A program made the position numbers and the translations under genes. From assembly GCA_016719225.1 (NCBI GenBank), contig JADKAN010000004.1, forward strand, positions 578,707-642,706: a stretch of DNA of 64,000 nucleotides, read 5' to 3'. The notes beneath the pieces are model-generated. The model did no database searches. It was not told where the DNA came from and saw only the letters and a list, made by a program, of their open reading frames with translations. The DNA is from Flavobacteriales bacterium. GTDB taxonomy: Bacteria; Bacteroidota; Bacteroidia; Flavobacteriales_F; PHOS-HE28. Below are positions 18,469-27,074 of this stretch, one piece after another (the stretch's first letter is position 1; the number at the start of each line of letters is the position of its first letter).

Positions 18469-21400
18469 TCACGCCGCCACGCTCAACACGCCCTCCAACG
18501 CCTCCTTCGCCTGCTTCATATTCTTCACGTCACCCACGGAAAGCCGCAACGTGCCGTTCTTTTCGTAAACCTTGAACTTGCGTGGCTGCTGCTGCACGGA
18601 ACGCAGGATCGCCGTGAAGATCTCGCTTCCAAAGAAGGGGTGTTTCTGATCGGTGATGAAGGTGCCGATGAGCTTGCCCTGCTTCAATTTCATTTTCTCC
18701 AAGCCCAGCCGTTCACCGCTCCAACGTAGGCGGATCGCTTCCATCAGTTCCTGCACTTGGTCGGGGACCGGGCCGAAGCGGTCAGCTATGGATGCGCTGA
18801 ACTTTTCCAGTTCCTCTGCATCTTTCAAGTTGTCCAACTCGCGATAGAGCGCGAGGCGCTCGGCCGTTTCACTGACATAATCATTGGGGATCATCATGCG
18901 CAGGTCGGTCTCCAGGATGCAGTCGTCGGCGCGGTAGCGGGTGGCACCGCGCGCAAGCTGGCGGTCCTCGAAGAGCTCCTTGAAATGTTCGTCCTTCAGT
19001 TCGCGCACGGCTTCCTCGAGGATCTTGTGGTAGGTCTCGAAGCCGATGTCGTTGACGAAGCCGCTTTGTTCCGCGCCGAGCAAGTCTCCCGCACCACGGA
19101 TGTCAAGATCCTTCATGGCGATGTGGATCCCGCTGCCGAGATCGCTGAACTGCTCGATCGCTTGCAGGCGCTTGCGTGATAGATCCGGCAAGAGGTGCGG
19201 ACTGGGTGCGAGAAGATATGCGAATGCTTTCTTGTTGCTGCGTCCCACGCGACCGCGTAGCTGGTGCAGGTCGCTGAGCCCGAAGTTCTGCGCCTCGTTC
19301 ACGATGATCGTGTTTGCGTTCGGGATGTCGAGGCCGTTCTCCACGATGGTGGTGCAAACGAGCACGTCGCTCTCTCCTTCGATGAAGTCCATCATTACGG
19401 ATTCGAGCTTGTGGCCTTCCAGCTGGCCGTGACCCACGCTTACGCGCGCACCCGGCACCAGTTTGCGGATCATGCCCGCGATGAACTCGATGTTCTTCAC
19501 CTTGTCGTTGATGAAGTAGACCTGTCCACCACGTGAAAGCTCATATTCGATCGCGTCCTTGATCACCACTTCGTCGTAAGGATGCACATTGGTCTGCACC
19601 GGATAGCGGTTGGGCGGCGGCGTGCTGATGATGCTGAGATCGCGCGCGCCCATCAGGCTGAACTGCAGCGTGCGCGGGATCGGTGTGGCGGTGAGCGTGA
19701 GCGTGTCCACCGTGGCGCGCAACGTCTTCAACTTGTCCTTCACGTTCACACCGAACTTCTGCTCCTCATCGATGATCAGCAGGCCGAGGTCCTTGTACTT
19801 CACATCCTTGCTCACCAAGCGATGCGTGCCGATGAGGATGTCGATCTTTCCTTCCCTGACGTCGGCGAGGATCTGCTTTTGGTCGGCCGGGCTGCGGAAG
19901 CGATTGATGTAGTCCACGCGCACGGGCAATCCCTTCATTCGCGCAGTGAAGGTCTTCCAGTGTTGTAGGGCGAGGATCGTTGTGGGAACCAGCACGGCGA
20001 CCTGTTTGCTATCGCAAACCGCCTTGAAGGCCGCGCGGATCGCCACCTCCGTCTTTCCGAAACCGACGTCGCCGCAGACGAGCCGGTCCATCGGAACCGG
20101 CTTTTCCATGTCGTGCTTCACATCCGCGGTGGCCTTTTCCTGATCGGGCGTGTCCTCGTAAATGAAGCTGGCCTCAAGTTCGGTCTGTAGGTAATTGTCG
20201 GGTAGGAAGGCGAACCCGGGCTTGCTCTTGCGCTGTGCATATAGCTTGATCAAGTCGAAGGCGAGGGCCTTCACCTTGGCCTTCGTCTTGTCCTTCAAGT
20301 TCCTCCACGCAGGACTTCCGAGCTTGCTGATGTTCGGCGCCGCACCACTTTCCTCACCGCTGAACTTGCTTACGCGGTGCAGGCTGTGGATGCCGACATA
20401 GAGAATGTCGTTGTCGCGGTATTTCAGGCGGATCGCCTCCTGCATCTGTCCGCCCGCATCGATCGTCTCCAAACCACTGAAGATGCCAATGCCATGGTCG
20501 ATGTGTACCACGAGGTCACCGGGCTTCAGCTGCGTCAGCTCCTTCAGCGTAAGCGCCTGGGAGTTCTTGCGGAACCCTTCCTTCAACCGGAAGCGATGGT
20601 AGCGCTCGAAGATCTGGTGATCGGTGTAGAGTGCGAGTTTCAGTTCGCCGTCGATAAAACCTTCGTGAAGATCCAGTACCAAGGGCGTGAAGGACACTTC
20701 ATGCTCCATGTCGCGGAAGATGGAGTAGAGGCGTTCGCTCTGCTTGGCGCCATTGCACGCGATCAGGTTGGCGAAGCCGGCGTTCTGCTTGTTGTGCAGG
20801 TCGCCGCTGAGGATCTTGAAGTCCTTCGCGAACGGTGGTTGCGGACGTTGGGTGAAATCGATGTTGACAGCCTCCAGCTTAAAGCCATCAGCCTCAAGCT
20901 TGCGGCTTGGAGCTTGCGGCTTGTGGCTGGAGCCCCAGAATACTTTACGGAATCCCAACAATCCCTTGATCAACTCGCTATCACTGGCCAACAGTTCATC
21001 CGGTTTGGCATGCTTGGATTTTTCCGGCGTCCGTGTGTAGGCATCGCTTAACAATTGCAACGACTTCACCGCCGCATCACTGATCGCCTTCGGGTCGCTG
21101 AGCCAGATCACTGCATCGGCCGGCAGTTGCGCGAAGAAGGTCTGTTGCTCTGCCGTGTCCTCATCCTGCAGGTCGGGGACGATCACCGCTTCGGCAAGTC
21201 GCTCCACACTGAGCTGGTCCTGCGGATCGAAGCGCCGAACACTCTCCACGGTATCACCATAGAGTTCGATGCGGAAGGGCTTATCGTTACCGTAGCTGAA
21301 AATGTCCACAATGCCACCGCGGATACTGAACTGCCCCGGCTCGTAAACGAACTCCACGCGCTGAAAGCCGGTTTCGTGCAGCCATTCCTCCAAGGTGTCG

Positions 21401-21897
21401 ATCGGAAGTTCCTCGTTGCGCTTGATCGCCAACGTATTCTTCTGCAACTTTTCCTTTCCCACTACCAGCGGTACCAAAGCCTCGGGATAGGTGACGATGG
21501 TGAGCTGTGAAGTATCCTGCGCTTTTTGAAGGGTCATCAGCGTCTCCAGCACTTCTGTGCGGGTTACGCGATCGCCGTCCTGGTGGCCTTCGGGGTCGTA
21601 AGGTGAACGCGAAGGAGCCGGGAAGAACAGCATGGCGTTCTTCCGGGATTCCTTTTCATCCTTCGGTTGTAACGCCTCCAGATCATTCATGAAGTATGCC
21701 GCCTCCTCCTTGTCGCCGAGGATGAACACATGCGTTCCACCGCGCTTCTCACGGATGGCATTGACTGCAAGCGAGCGGCCGCTGCCCACCAAGCCGCTCA
21801 GGCGGATACGCGCAGTTGGTGCTACCAAGGCTTCCGCTGCTTGCTTGCTGCGTGGGTCGTTGGCAAAGAGGGAAAGGAGGTCGTAGAGGGAGGTCAT
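18469..21897 (-). CDS. mfd: transcription-repair coupling factor Mfd
   Basis: About 1140 aa. Contains the RNAP-interaction/CarD-like region (LKPGDLVVHIDHGIG), an SF2 helicase core (VCGDVGFGKTEVAIRAAF, LIIDEEQKFG, LTATPIPRTL, LRGRVGRS) and a TRCF C-terminal domain. The start is trimmed to MTSLYDLL (ATG at 21897). Confidence 0.95.
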   Translation of the reverse strand: MTSLYDLLSLFANDPRSKQAAEALVAPTARIRLSGLVGSGRSLAVNAIREKRGGTHVFILGDKEEAAYFMNDLEALQPKDEKESRKNAMLFFPAPSRSPYDPEGHQDGDRVTRTEVLETLMTLQKAQDTSQLTIVTYPEALVPLVVGKEKLQKNTLAIKRNEELPIDTLEEWLHETGFQRVEFVYEPGQFSIRGGIVDIFSYGNDKPFRIELYGDTVESVRRFDPQDQLSVERLAEAVIVPDLQDEDTAEQQTFFAQLPADAVIWLSDPKAISDAAVKSLQLLSDAYTRTPEKSKHAKPDELLASDSELIKGLLGFRKVFWGSSHKPQAPSRKLEADGFKLEAVNIDFTQRPQPPFAKDFKILSGDLHNKQNAGFANLIACNGAKQSERLYSIFRDMEHEVSFTPLVLDLHEGFIDGELKLALYTDHQIFERYHRFRLKEGFRKNSQALTLKELTQLKPGDLVVHIDHGIGIFSGLETIDAGGQMQEAIRLKYRDNDILYVGIHSLHRVSKFSGEESGAAPNISKLGSPAWRNLKDKTKAKVKALAFDLIKLYAQRKSKPGFAFLPDNYLQTELEASFIYEDTPDQEKATADVKHDMEKPVPMDRLVCGDVGFGKTEVAIRAAFKAVCDSKQVAVLVPTTILALQHWKTFTARMKGLPVRVDYINRFRSPADQKQILADVREGKIDILIGTHRLVSKDVKYKDLGLLIIDEEQKFGVNVKDKLKTLRATVDTLTLTATPIPRTLQFSLMGARDLSIISTPPPNRYPVQTNVHPYDEVVIKDAIEYELSRGGQVYFINDKVKNIEFIAGMIRKLVPGARVSVGHGQLEGHKLESVMMDFIEGESDVLVCTTIVENGLDIPNANTIIVNEAQNFGLSDLHQLRGRVGRSNKKAFAYLLAPSPHLLPDLSRKRLQAIEQFSDLGSGIHIAMKDLDIRGAGDLLGAEQSGFVNDIGFETYHKILEEAVRELKDEHFKELFEDRQLARGATRYRADDCILETDLRMMIPNDYVSETAERLALYRELDNLKDAEELEKFSASIADRFGPVPDQVQELMEAIRLRWSGERLGLEKMKLKQGKLIGTFITDQKHPFFGSEIFTAILRSVQQQPRKFKVYEKNGTLRLSVGDVKNMKQAKEALEGVLSVAA

Positions 21898-21898
21898 T

Positions 21899-22333
21899 TC
21901 AGGTTTGTCGCGCAACGTGCGACCAGTCGGAATGTTGATCCAGGAAGTGTTCGAATGTGGCGATGACTTCAGAAGGCTGGCAACTCGTTGACCACTGGCT
22001 GTTCTTCCCGATCTTCTCGGGTAGGAGGTCAGTGTCAGGCCAGGTCTTCAATTGCATGGAGACAAGCCGACCTATTTCATCATAAGCAATATGAAGCGTT
22101 CGCGCATGATCAACCTTCCCATCCACAGGAAGTGAAACAAGGAGGTCAAACAGGGATGTCCTCGGGAAGAGTGCCTTCGAGTAACCGGAATCGATGATGT
22201 GTTCGAGCAGCCAACGGAGACAGCGGTACTCAAGCTTTGCGTCGGTTATTTGGCGGTACTCGTCATTCACCTCCGTCCAATACGGAGTGAGGTCTTTCGG
22301 AATTACTTCACCTTCACAGAAATGCAGACCCAT
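21899..22333 (-). CDS. hypothetical protein (no recognisable domain), 1 nt upstream of the mfd start
   Basis: 144-aa ORF MGLHFCEGEVIPKDLTPYWTEVNDEYRQ.... Its stop (21899-21901) is separated by 1 nt from the mfd ATG (21897). It looks less GC-rich than mfd by eye. Confidence 0.5.
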   Translation of the reverse strand: MGLHFCEGEVIPKDLTPYWTEVNDEYRQITDAKLEYRCLRWLLEHIIDSGYSKALFPRTSLFDLLVSLPVDGKVDHARTLHIAYDEIGRLVSMQLKTWPDTDLLPEKIGKNSQWSTSCQPSEVIATFEHFLDQHSDWSHVARQT

Positions 22334-22418
22334 GGAGACCTAAATGCCCGAAGCCCGATACCGGCAATTCCGGGCATCGGGTTCGAGAAGGTGCAAAGGT
22401 AACTTGTGGCTTCGTCCA

Positions 22419-22973
22419 TCACTTCCCCACCAGCCCCCGCGCCAAGTCCATCATCTTCAACACCGTGTTCCAGTTGCGCGCGGTGTTCACCACGCCGATA
22501 CCCTTGTCGAATTCCGCTGCGAACTTGGAGGTGCCGAAGCCATGCGGGGTGTGGAGGTACGCCACATTGTTCACGATGATCAAGCCTTCGCCATCCACGG
22601 CAACTGCACGTATGGCTTCTACGGCTTCAGGTTTCGGGGTAGAACTCAGAAGCGCCGCATGCAGATGCTTGCCTTCAATGACTTCCGGAAAGGGATTGTT
22701 GTCGATCACCGCTTTCCATTCCGGTGCTGTGGGGGCGAAGATGGCCTTATCGAAACCGAAGTGCTCCTTGCACAGCTTGGCCACTAGGGTGATGGCCTTG
22801 GCGCGCGAGAGCGTGCTGCGTACCAAAGCATTGCCGCTGTTGATGTAAGTGGTAGCGCAGGTGAAGCCGGCACTCGTCAATGCATCGCGAAGCTGCGCAA
22901 CGGGTAGTTGCGTTGCACCTCCAACGCCGCGGAAGAGGAGGAGGTAGGTAACGGGCTTCGCCATGTTGGCCAT
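22419..22973 (-). CDS. DUF1697 domain-containing protein
   Basis: The N-terminus ...YLLLFRGVGGATQLPVAQLRDALTSAGFTCATTYINSGNALV matches the DUF1697 opening, which I recognise from memory. Confidence 0.7.
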   Translation of the reverse strand: MANMAKPVTYLLLFRGVGGATQLPVAQLRDALTSAGFTCATTYINSGNALVRSTLSRAKAITLVAKLCKEHFGFDKAIFAPTAPEWKAVIDNNPFPEVIEGKHLHAALLSSTPKPEAVEAIRAVAVDGEGLIIVNNVAYLHTPHGFGTSKFAAEFDKGIGVVNTARNWNTVLKMMDLARGLVGK

Positions 22974-22996
22974 GCAGTATTTTTAGTGTGAATATC

Positions 22997-23395
22997 CTAG
23001 AGCCGGTGGATATGTGCCAGAAACTCCTGTTCCAATTGATAGCCTTCGTCCCGATACTTGGTCAGCCGGCCTGCGCCTTTTTTGAAGTCTATTTTCTTCG
23101 ACAGGATGCCGAAGAGGAGGAGCGGACAATAGCCGTGGTAGGAGATGGTATTTTCGGCAACCTTCACCTCGAACACGATCAAAGCACCACCGGTGGATCC
23201 CTTGTAAAAGGTATTGTGGCCGTGGCGTTCGGCTAGTTTGAAATTGATCGGCTCGCCCATACCAGGGGTGGTCACACGCAATTTGCCCTTTTCGAACGAT
23301 GCAGTAATAAAGCCGCGTGAATTGAACCAGTGCGCGATCTGCGAATGCCGTTCATCAGCTGGACGAGTAAATGCATGCAGTTGGATCTGTGGCAT
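22997..23395 (-). CDS. hypothetical protein
   Basis: This is the 3' part of ORF 22997..23572. The start is set at MPQIQLHAFTRPADERH (ATG at 23395), because the longer N-terminus is Arg/Ser-rich and runs into the divergent gene's upstream region. No domain was recognised. Confidence 0.45.
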   Translation of the reverse strand: MPQIQLHAFTRPADERHSQIAHWFNSRGFITASFEKGKLRVTTPGMGEPINFKLAERHGHNTFYKGSTGGALIVFEVKVAENTISYHGYCPLLLFGILSKKIDFKKGAGRLTKYRDEGYQLEQEFLAHIHRL

Positions 23396-23450
23396 GATCG
23401 GAGAGATGCCAAGATAGCCCGGCAACCGTGTTACTAGCTTCGCAGCACTT

Positions 23451-23885
23451 ATGCATCCGGCGCTTCGTTTTCTGCTGGTCGGCCTCCTACTCGGGTCGGG
23501 CGTGGGCCGTGCCTTCGCCCAACGCATCGACAGCATGCATGTGTTCAAGCAGCTTCCTACTGTGAAGTTCACTTCCGCCTCGGCGAACGCAACGGCCTGG
23601 AAGCTTTACCGGGATCATGCGCCTTATGTCGCATTGAAAGGGCAGCAGATGACCACCGCCGGAGAAGCGTTGCGGAGTTATGAGCCCACGCGCCACATTT
23701 TCCGCGAACTACCGGGTTTGGAGCATCTGGCAATAGGGTGGACGGGTGGAAGACCGTTCACGCTTGGCGTGGCGGAGGACATGGACCTGGTCATCAATTT
23801 CACGGCAGGAACGGAGTACCGTATTTCGAGGATATCGGACCGCATGCTCGAGCGGGCCATGATCGCTCGGATGTTGGTGGAGTAG
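23451..23885 (+). CDS. secreted hypothetical protein
   Basis: 144 aa with signal peptide MHPALRFLLVGLLLGSGVGRAFAQ. No domain was recognised. Confidence 0.5.
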   Translation: MHPALRFLLVGLLLGSGVGRAFAQRIDSMHVFKQLPTVKFTSASANATAWKLYRDHAPYVALKGQQMTTAGEALRSYEPTRHIFRELPGLEHLAIGWTGGRPFTLGVAEDMDLVINFTAGTEYRISRISDRMLERAMIARMLVE

Positions 23886-24159
23886 GAGCGCTGGGAGCGC
23901 AGTTGGATCGCTTGCTATTCTTGCTCGGTGGATGATGTCCAAGTATTGCGCAGAGTGCCGGGTGGTATAGGCTTGGGGCGCGAAGCCGTATGCGTGGTGA
24001 AGGCCATGCCCCGTTGGACACCGGCAATGAATAACGGTGTGACGGTGAACTCACGTCTTACCGTGCCGGTGATGTTCAAGCTGACGGATCAGTAGCAGTG
24101 TCACGGCAGTAGTACAGCACCATCCATTCCACGGATGATGAGCAAGTAGGTGGTCTGCT

Positions 24160-24522
24160 CTATTCCGACGAGCAAGCTCCCAGTTTCGGGTTTTCCCGGT
24201 GGCGCTCAGCGTCACGTTCCGTGCGGGTAGCTACCTTCTTGTCCCATGCCAATTGCAGGTCCGTGCCGGTCTGGTTCGCCAAGCAAAGCACCACGAACAT
24301 CACATCCGCCAGCTCTTCGCCGAGGTCCTTGCCTTGGTCGCTTTCCTTTTCACTTTGCTCACCGTACCGCCGCGCGATGATACGTGCCACCTCACCGGTC
24401 TCTTCGGCCAACAAGGCCATGTTCGTCAGCTCGCTGAAGTAGCGGACGCCCACGCGTTGGATCCATTCATCCACATCCGCCTGCAAAGCGGTTATTTCCT
24501 TTCCTGGCTTTTCAGCATCCAT
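24160..24522 (-). CDS. MazG-like nucleotide pyrophosphohydrolase
   Basis: Contains ...LLAEETGEVARIIARRYGEQ...LGEELADVMFVVLCLANQTG.DL, the EExxE...ExxD MazG signature. Confidence 0.85.
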   Translation of the reverse strand: MDAEKPGKEITALQADVDEWIQRVGVRYFSELTNMALLAEETGEVARIIARRYGEQSEKESDQGKDLGEELADVMFVVLCLANQTGTDLQLAWDKKVATRTERDAERHRENPKLGACSSE

Positions 24523-24525
24523 GGT

Positions 24526-24978
24526 TCAATCCTTCAAGCGACTGTCCAAGAGGATGGTGACCGGACCATCGTTGGTGAGCGATACCTGCATGTCGGCACC
24601 GAACTCGCCCACTTTTACCCGTTGGCGTACGAGTTCACATAGCAACTGCCTGGCGCGCAAGTAAAGCGGGTTCGCTGTTTCGGGGCGCGCAGCACGTACA
24701 TAGCTCGGGCGATTCCCTTTTGCAGTGCTCGCTTGCAACGTGAACTGGCTCACCAACAGGATCTCCCCTCCAGCTTGGTTCACATCCAGGTTCATCACCC
24801 CTTCTTCGTCAGGGAACACCCGCATCCGCGCCACCTTTCCACAGATCCATTCCGCGTCCTCTTGCGTGTCGCCAGTGGCTACGCCCAGCAACACCAGCAG
24901 CCCACGGTGTATGCGGGCCACCTCATTGCCACGGATGCCCACGGCGGCCGTGCTGACGCGTTGTATCACGGCGCGCAT
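24526..24978 (-). CDS. dtd: D-aminoacyl-tRNA deacylase
   Basis: MRAVIQRVSTAAV...LLVLLGV..GD...D..W...K....R.F.D.......NLDV...GGEILLVSQFTL...KGNRPS. The start is trimmed to Met28 and forms an ATGA overlap with the upstream gene's stop at 24978. Confidence 0.92.
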   Translation of the reverse strand: MRAVIQRVSTAAVGIRGNEVARIHRGLLVLLGVATGDTQEDAEWICGKVARMRVFPDEEGVMNLDVNQAGGEILLVSQFTLQASTAKGNRPSYVRAARPETANPLYLRARQLLCELVRQRVKVGEFGADMQVSLTNDGPVTILLDSRLKD

Positions 24979-25814
24979 CAGTAGCCGCTTTGCTGCAGGA
25001 AACGTTCCTTGTTCCCGACTTTCACGGAGTCCGGCCTGCTGGTGATCCCGTCCAGCCAAGTGCCATACATGCTGTTAGGCAGCATGATGAAATAGCGTTC
25101 CAATGAGTCCCGGAGGGCATCCACATGCGGCTTGCCCTGGCCTGCGGTGCGGTCCTTGAAACTTTGGTCGAGATCCGTGAGCTGGTCGCCCACGAGCAAC
25201 ACGATGCTGTGTTCCTTGGATACGGCTTTCCTGCGCGAGGTCTTGTCGCTGCTCCCGGCCATGGGCATCACATGTTCCACATCAGCCATGGGAAATCCTT
25301 CGACCACTAAATTCCGCACCGTAGCGTCTTCCTCATCTTCATCACGGTTGGAGATGTAATACACGGCGCAGCCTTTGCTAACGGCGTAATTGAGGAATTC
25401 CACCGCGCCTGGCAATGCTTTGGCCCTTGCCAAGCTGGTCCATTCTTTCCAGGTCCTGGGGCTATAGGTCAACCCTTTCAATGCGTTGGCCATTTGGTAG
25501 GGACTATTGTCCAGCACGGTCTCGTCGATGTCCACGATCACAGCAGGAGGAAGCGCATGGGGTCGGCCCAAATTGGCGTCCAAGCGGATCCGCGCCAATT
25601 CATAGCCCTGTTGGTAAAGCCGATGCACCTCCGCGCTGGCGTTCTGGTAGATCGCTGCATCCACGTTCTGTTGGGCCAATTGATACTGCACGCCGTTACC
25701 GGATGACGCAACTACAGGAGCATTCACCACTGGTGTGGACGTCGTGCATGCCGCCATGAACAACAGGCTTAGAAAAATGGCGGCCTGTTTCATTCTACCA
25801 AGTGAGTTGTTCAT
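24978..25814 (-). CDS. 5'-nucleotidase / class C acid phosphatase, lipoprotein e(P4) family (HAD IIIB)
   Basis: Lipobox ...AAIFLSLLFMAAC. HAD motif I reads VIVDIDETVLDNSPYQ, with a later ...LLVGDQLTDL. The start could be 25814 or 25793. Confidence 0.85.
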   Translation of the reverse strand: MNNSLGRMKQAAIFLSLLFMAACTTSTPVVNAPVVASSGNGVQYQLAQQNVDAAIYQNASAEVHRLYQQGYELARIRLDANLGRPHALPPAVIVDIDETVLDNSPYQMANALKGLTYSPRTWKEWTSLARAKALPGAVEFLNYAVSKGCAVYYISNRDEDEEDATVRNLVVEGFPMADVEHVMPMAGSSDKTSRRKAVSKEHSIVLLVGDQLTDLDQSFKDRTAGQGKPHVDALRDSLERYFIMLPNSMYGTWLDGITSRPDSVKVGNKERFLQQSGY

Positions 25815-25909
25815 CTTGTTTTCATTTTCAGAGTACATCAGGTCCGTGCACTCTTTGCTCTGATATGTATGCTCGCATCCTGAGGCTGGTTCTGCGCGGT
25901 CAAGAACGT

Positions 25910-26965
25910 TCACCGGTAGGAGCTCTTCTCATCAACGCCCTCCACCATGTCAATATAACTGTTGTACCGGCTGGCTGCAAGATCGCCCTTTTCCACCGCT
26001 TCCAGAACAGCGCAGCCCGGCTCCTTCATGTGCTTGCAATTCCCGAAGCGGCATGCACTCTTCAACGCAAGGAATTCAGGGAACTGGTCCACGATCTCCG
26101 CTTGCGTCATGTCGACCAGGCCGAAGCCTTTTACGCCCGGCGTATCGATGATGAATGTGGGGGGGGAGTTGCCAGTTGTTAGTTGTCGGCTGTCAGGCGC
26201 ACTCCGCCCGGCCTCCGCAGGTTTGTCGCCGCTCAATGCAGCCTGCCCTGGGAACTGAGAACCGGGAACTGACAACTGTAATTCAAACATCTCCGCTGCC
26301 GTGGTGGTATGCTGGCCCTTGTCCGTGGAAGCACTGATCTCCCATGTGTGCAGGTCCAAGGCTGGATCGATGGCATTCACCAACGTGCTCTTGCCAACAC
26401 CGCTGTGCCCCACCAAAAGCGAGACGTTGCCTTTGAGCAGCTCTTTCACCTCCTCCATTCCCACATTCTTCAACGCGGATGTGATCAGCGTGCGGTAGCC
26501 GGCGGCTTGGTATACGTCCTCGTATTCCGCCAAGAGACCGAGTTCATCATCCTCATAATCGTCCACCTTGTTGAAGATGATGATCGGCGGAATGCGATAT
26601 GCTTCCGCCGTCACCAGCACCCTGTCGATGAATCCATAGGAAGTGCGGGGCCGGGCCAAGGTCACCAGCACCAAGCACTGGTCCATGTTGCTCGCGATAA
26701 CGTGCTTGTGGTGCGAGAGATTCACGGACTTCCGCACTAAATAGTTGCGTCTGTCGTGCAGTTCGGTTATCGCACCGATGATCTCGTTGCCGACTTTTTC
26801 CGCTGCCGGCTTGAATTCCACGATATCCCCTACGGCCAACGGATTGGTGCTACTGAACCCCTTGATGCGCAGCTTTCCTTTTGCGACGCAGGTGTGCAGC
26901 ACGCCGTCCTCACCGCGCACGATGTAGCGGCTGCCATTGGAACGCATGAGAAGGCCGGTGGACAT
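25910..26965 (-). CDS. rsgA: ribosome small-subunit-dependent GTPase A, carrying a ~40-aa in-frame insertion
   Basis: Contains an OB-fold N-terminus, G4 (FNKVD), G1 (LVGHSGVGKSTL), G2 (GQHTTT), G3 (IDTPGVKGF) and a zinc knuckle (C.FGNCKHMKEPGC). The start is trimmed to MSTGLLMRSNG. See the finding on 26159..26284. Confidence 0.9.
   Translation of the reverse strand: MSTGLLMRSNGSRYIVRGEDGVLHTCVAKGKLRIKGFSSTNPLAVGDIVEFKPAAEKVGNEIIGAITELHDRRNYLVRKSVNLSHHKHVIASNMDQCLVLVTLARPRTSYGFIDRVLVTAEAYRIPPIIIFNKVDDYEDDELGLLAEYEDVYQAAGYRTLITSALKNVGMEEVKELLKGNVSLLVGHSGVGKSTLVNAIDPALDLHTWEISASTDKGQHTTTAAEMFELQLSVPGSQFPGQAALSGDKPAEAGRSAPDSRQLTTGNSPPTFIIDTPGVKGFGLVDMTQAEIVDQFPEFLALKSACRFGNCKHMKEPGCAVLEAVEKGDLAASRYNSYIDMVEGVDEKSSYR
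26159..26284 (-). mobile_element. MITE-like palindromic low-complexity element inserted in-frame in rsgA
   Basis: The coding strand reads CAGTTGTCAGTT...(centre)...AACTAACAACTG-GCAACT-CCCCCCCC. The terminal 12-mers pair at 11/12 positions as inverted repeats, and an inner CAGG/CCTG pair extends the stem. The insert is about 120 nt, has no stop codon, and encodes QLSVPGSQFPGQAALSGDKPAEAGRSAPDSRQLTTGNSPP. Confidence 0.5.
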
Positions 26966-27074
26966 TGTTCTATCGCCGATGTGATCTTGCGTGATGAGCG
27001 GCAAAGATCGCTTGAATTGAAGGAGTGATCATGAGGGTAATAGGCCGTAGCTGTAGCAGTCCTATGCCAGGCGC

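Noticed and set aside
23886-24159. 274-bp gap with a mini-ORF MSKYCAECRVV (23935..23970) that looks like the start of a zinc-ribbon protein
   Set aside because: The frame stops after 11 codons, and the continuation in other frames gives no second CxxC pair or recognisable domain. It cannot be distinguished from chance. It might be a decayed gene or another homopolymer-type frameshift, but the evidence is insufficient.
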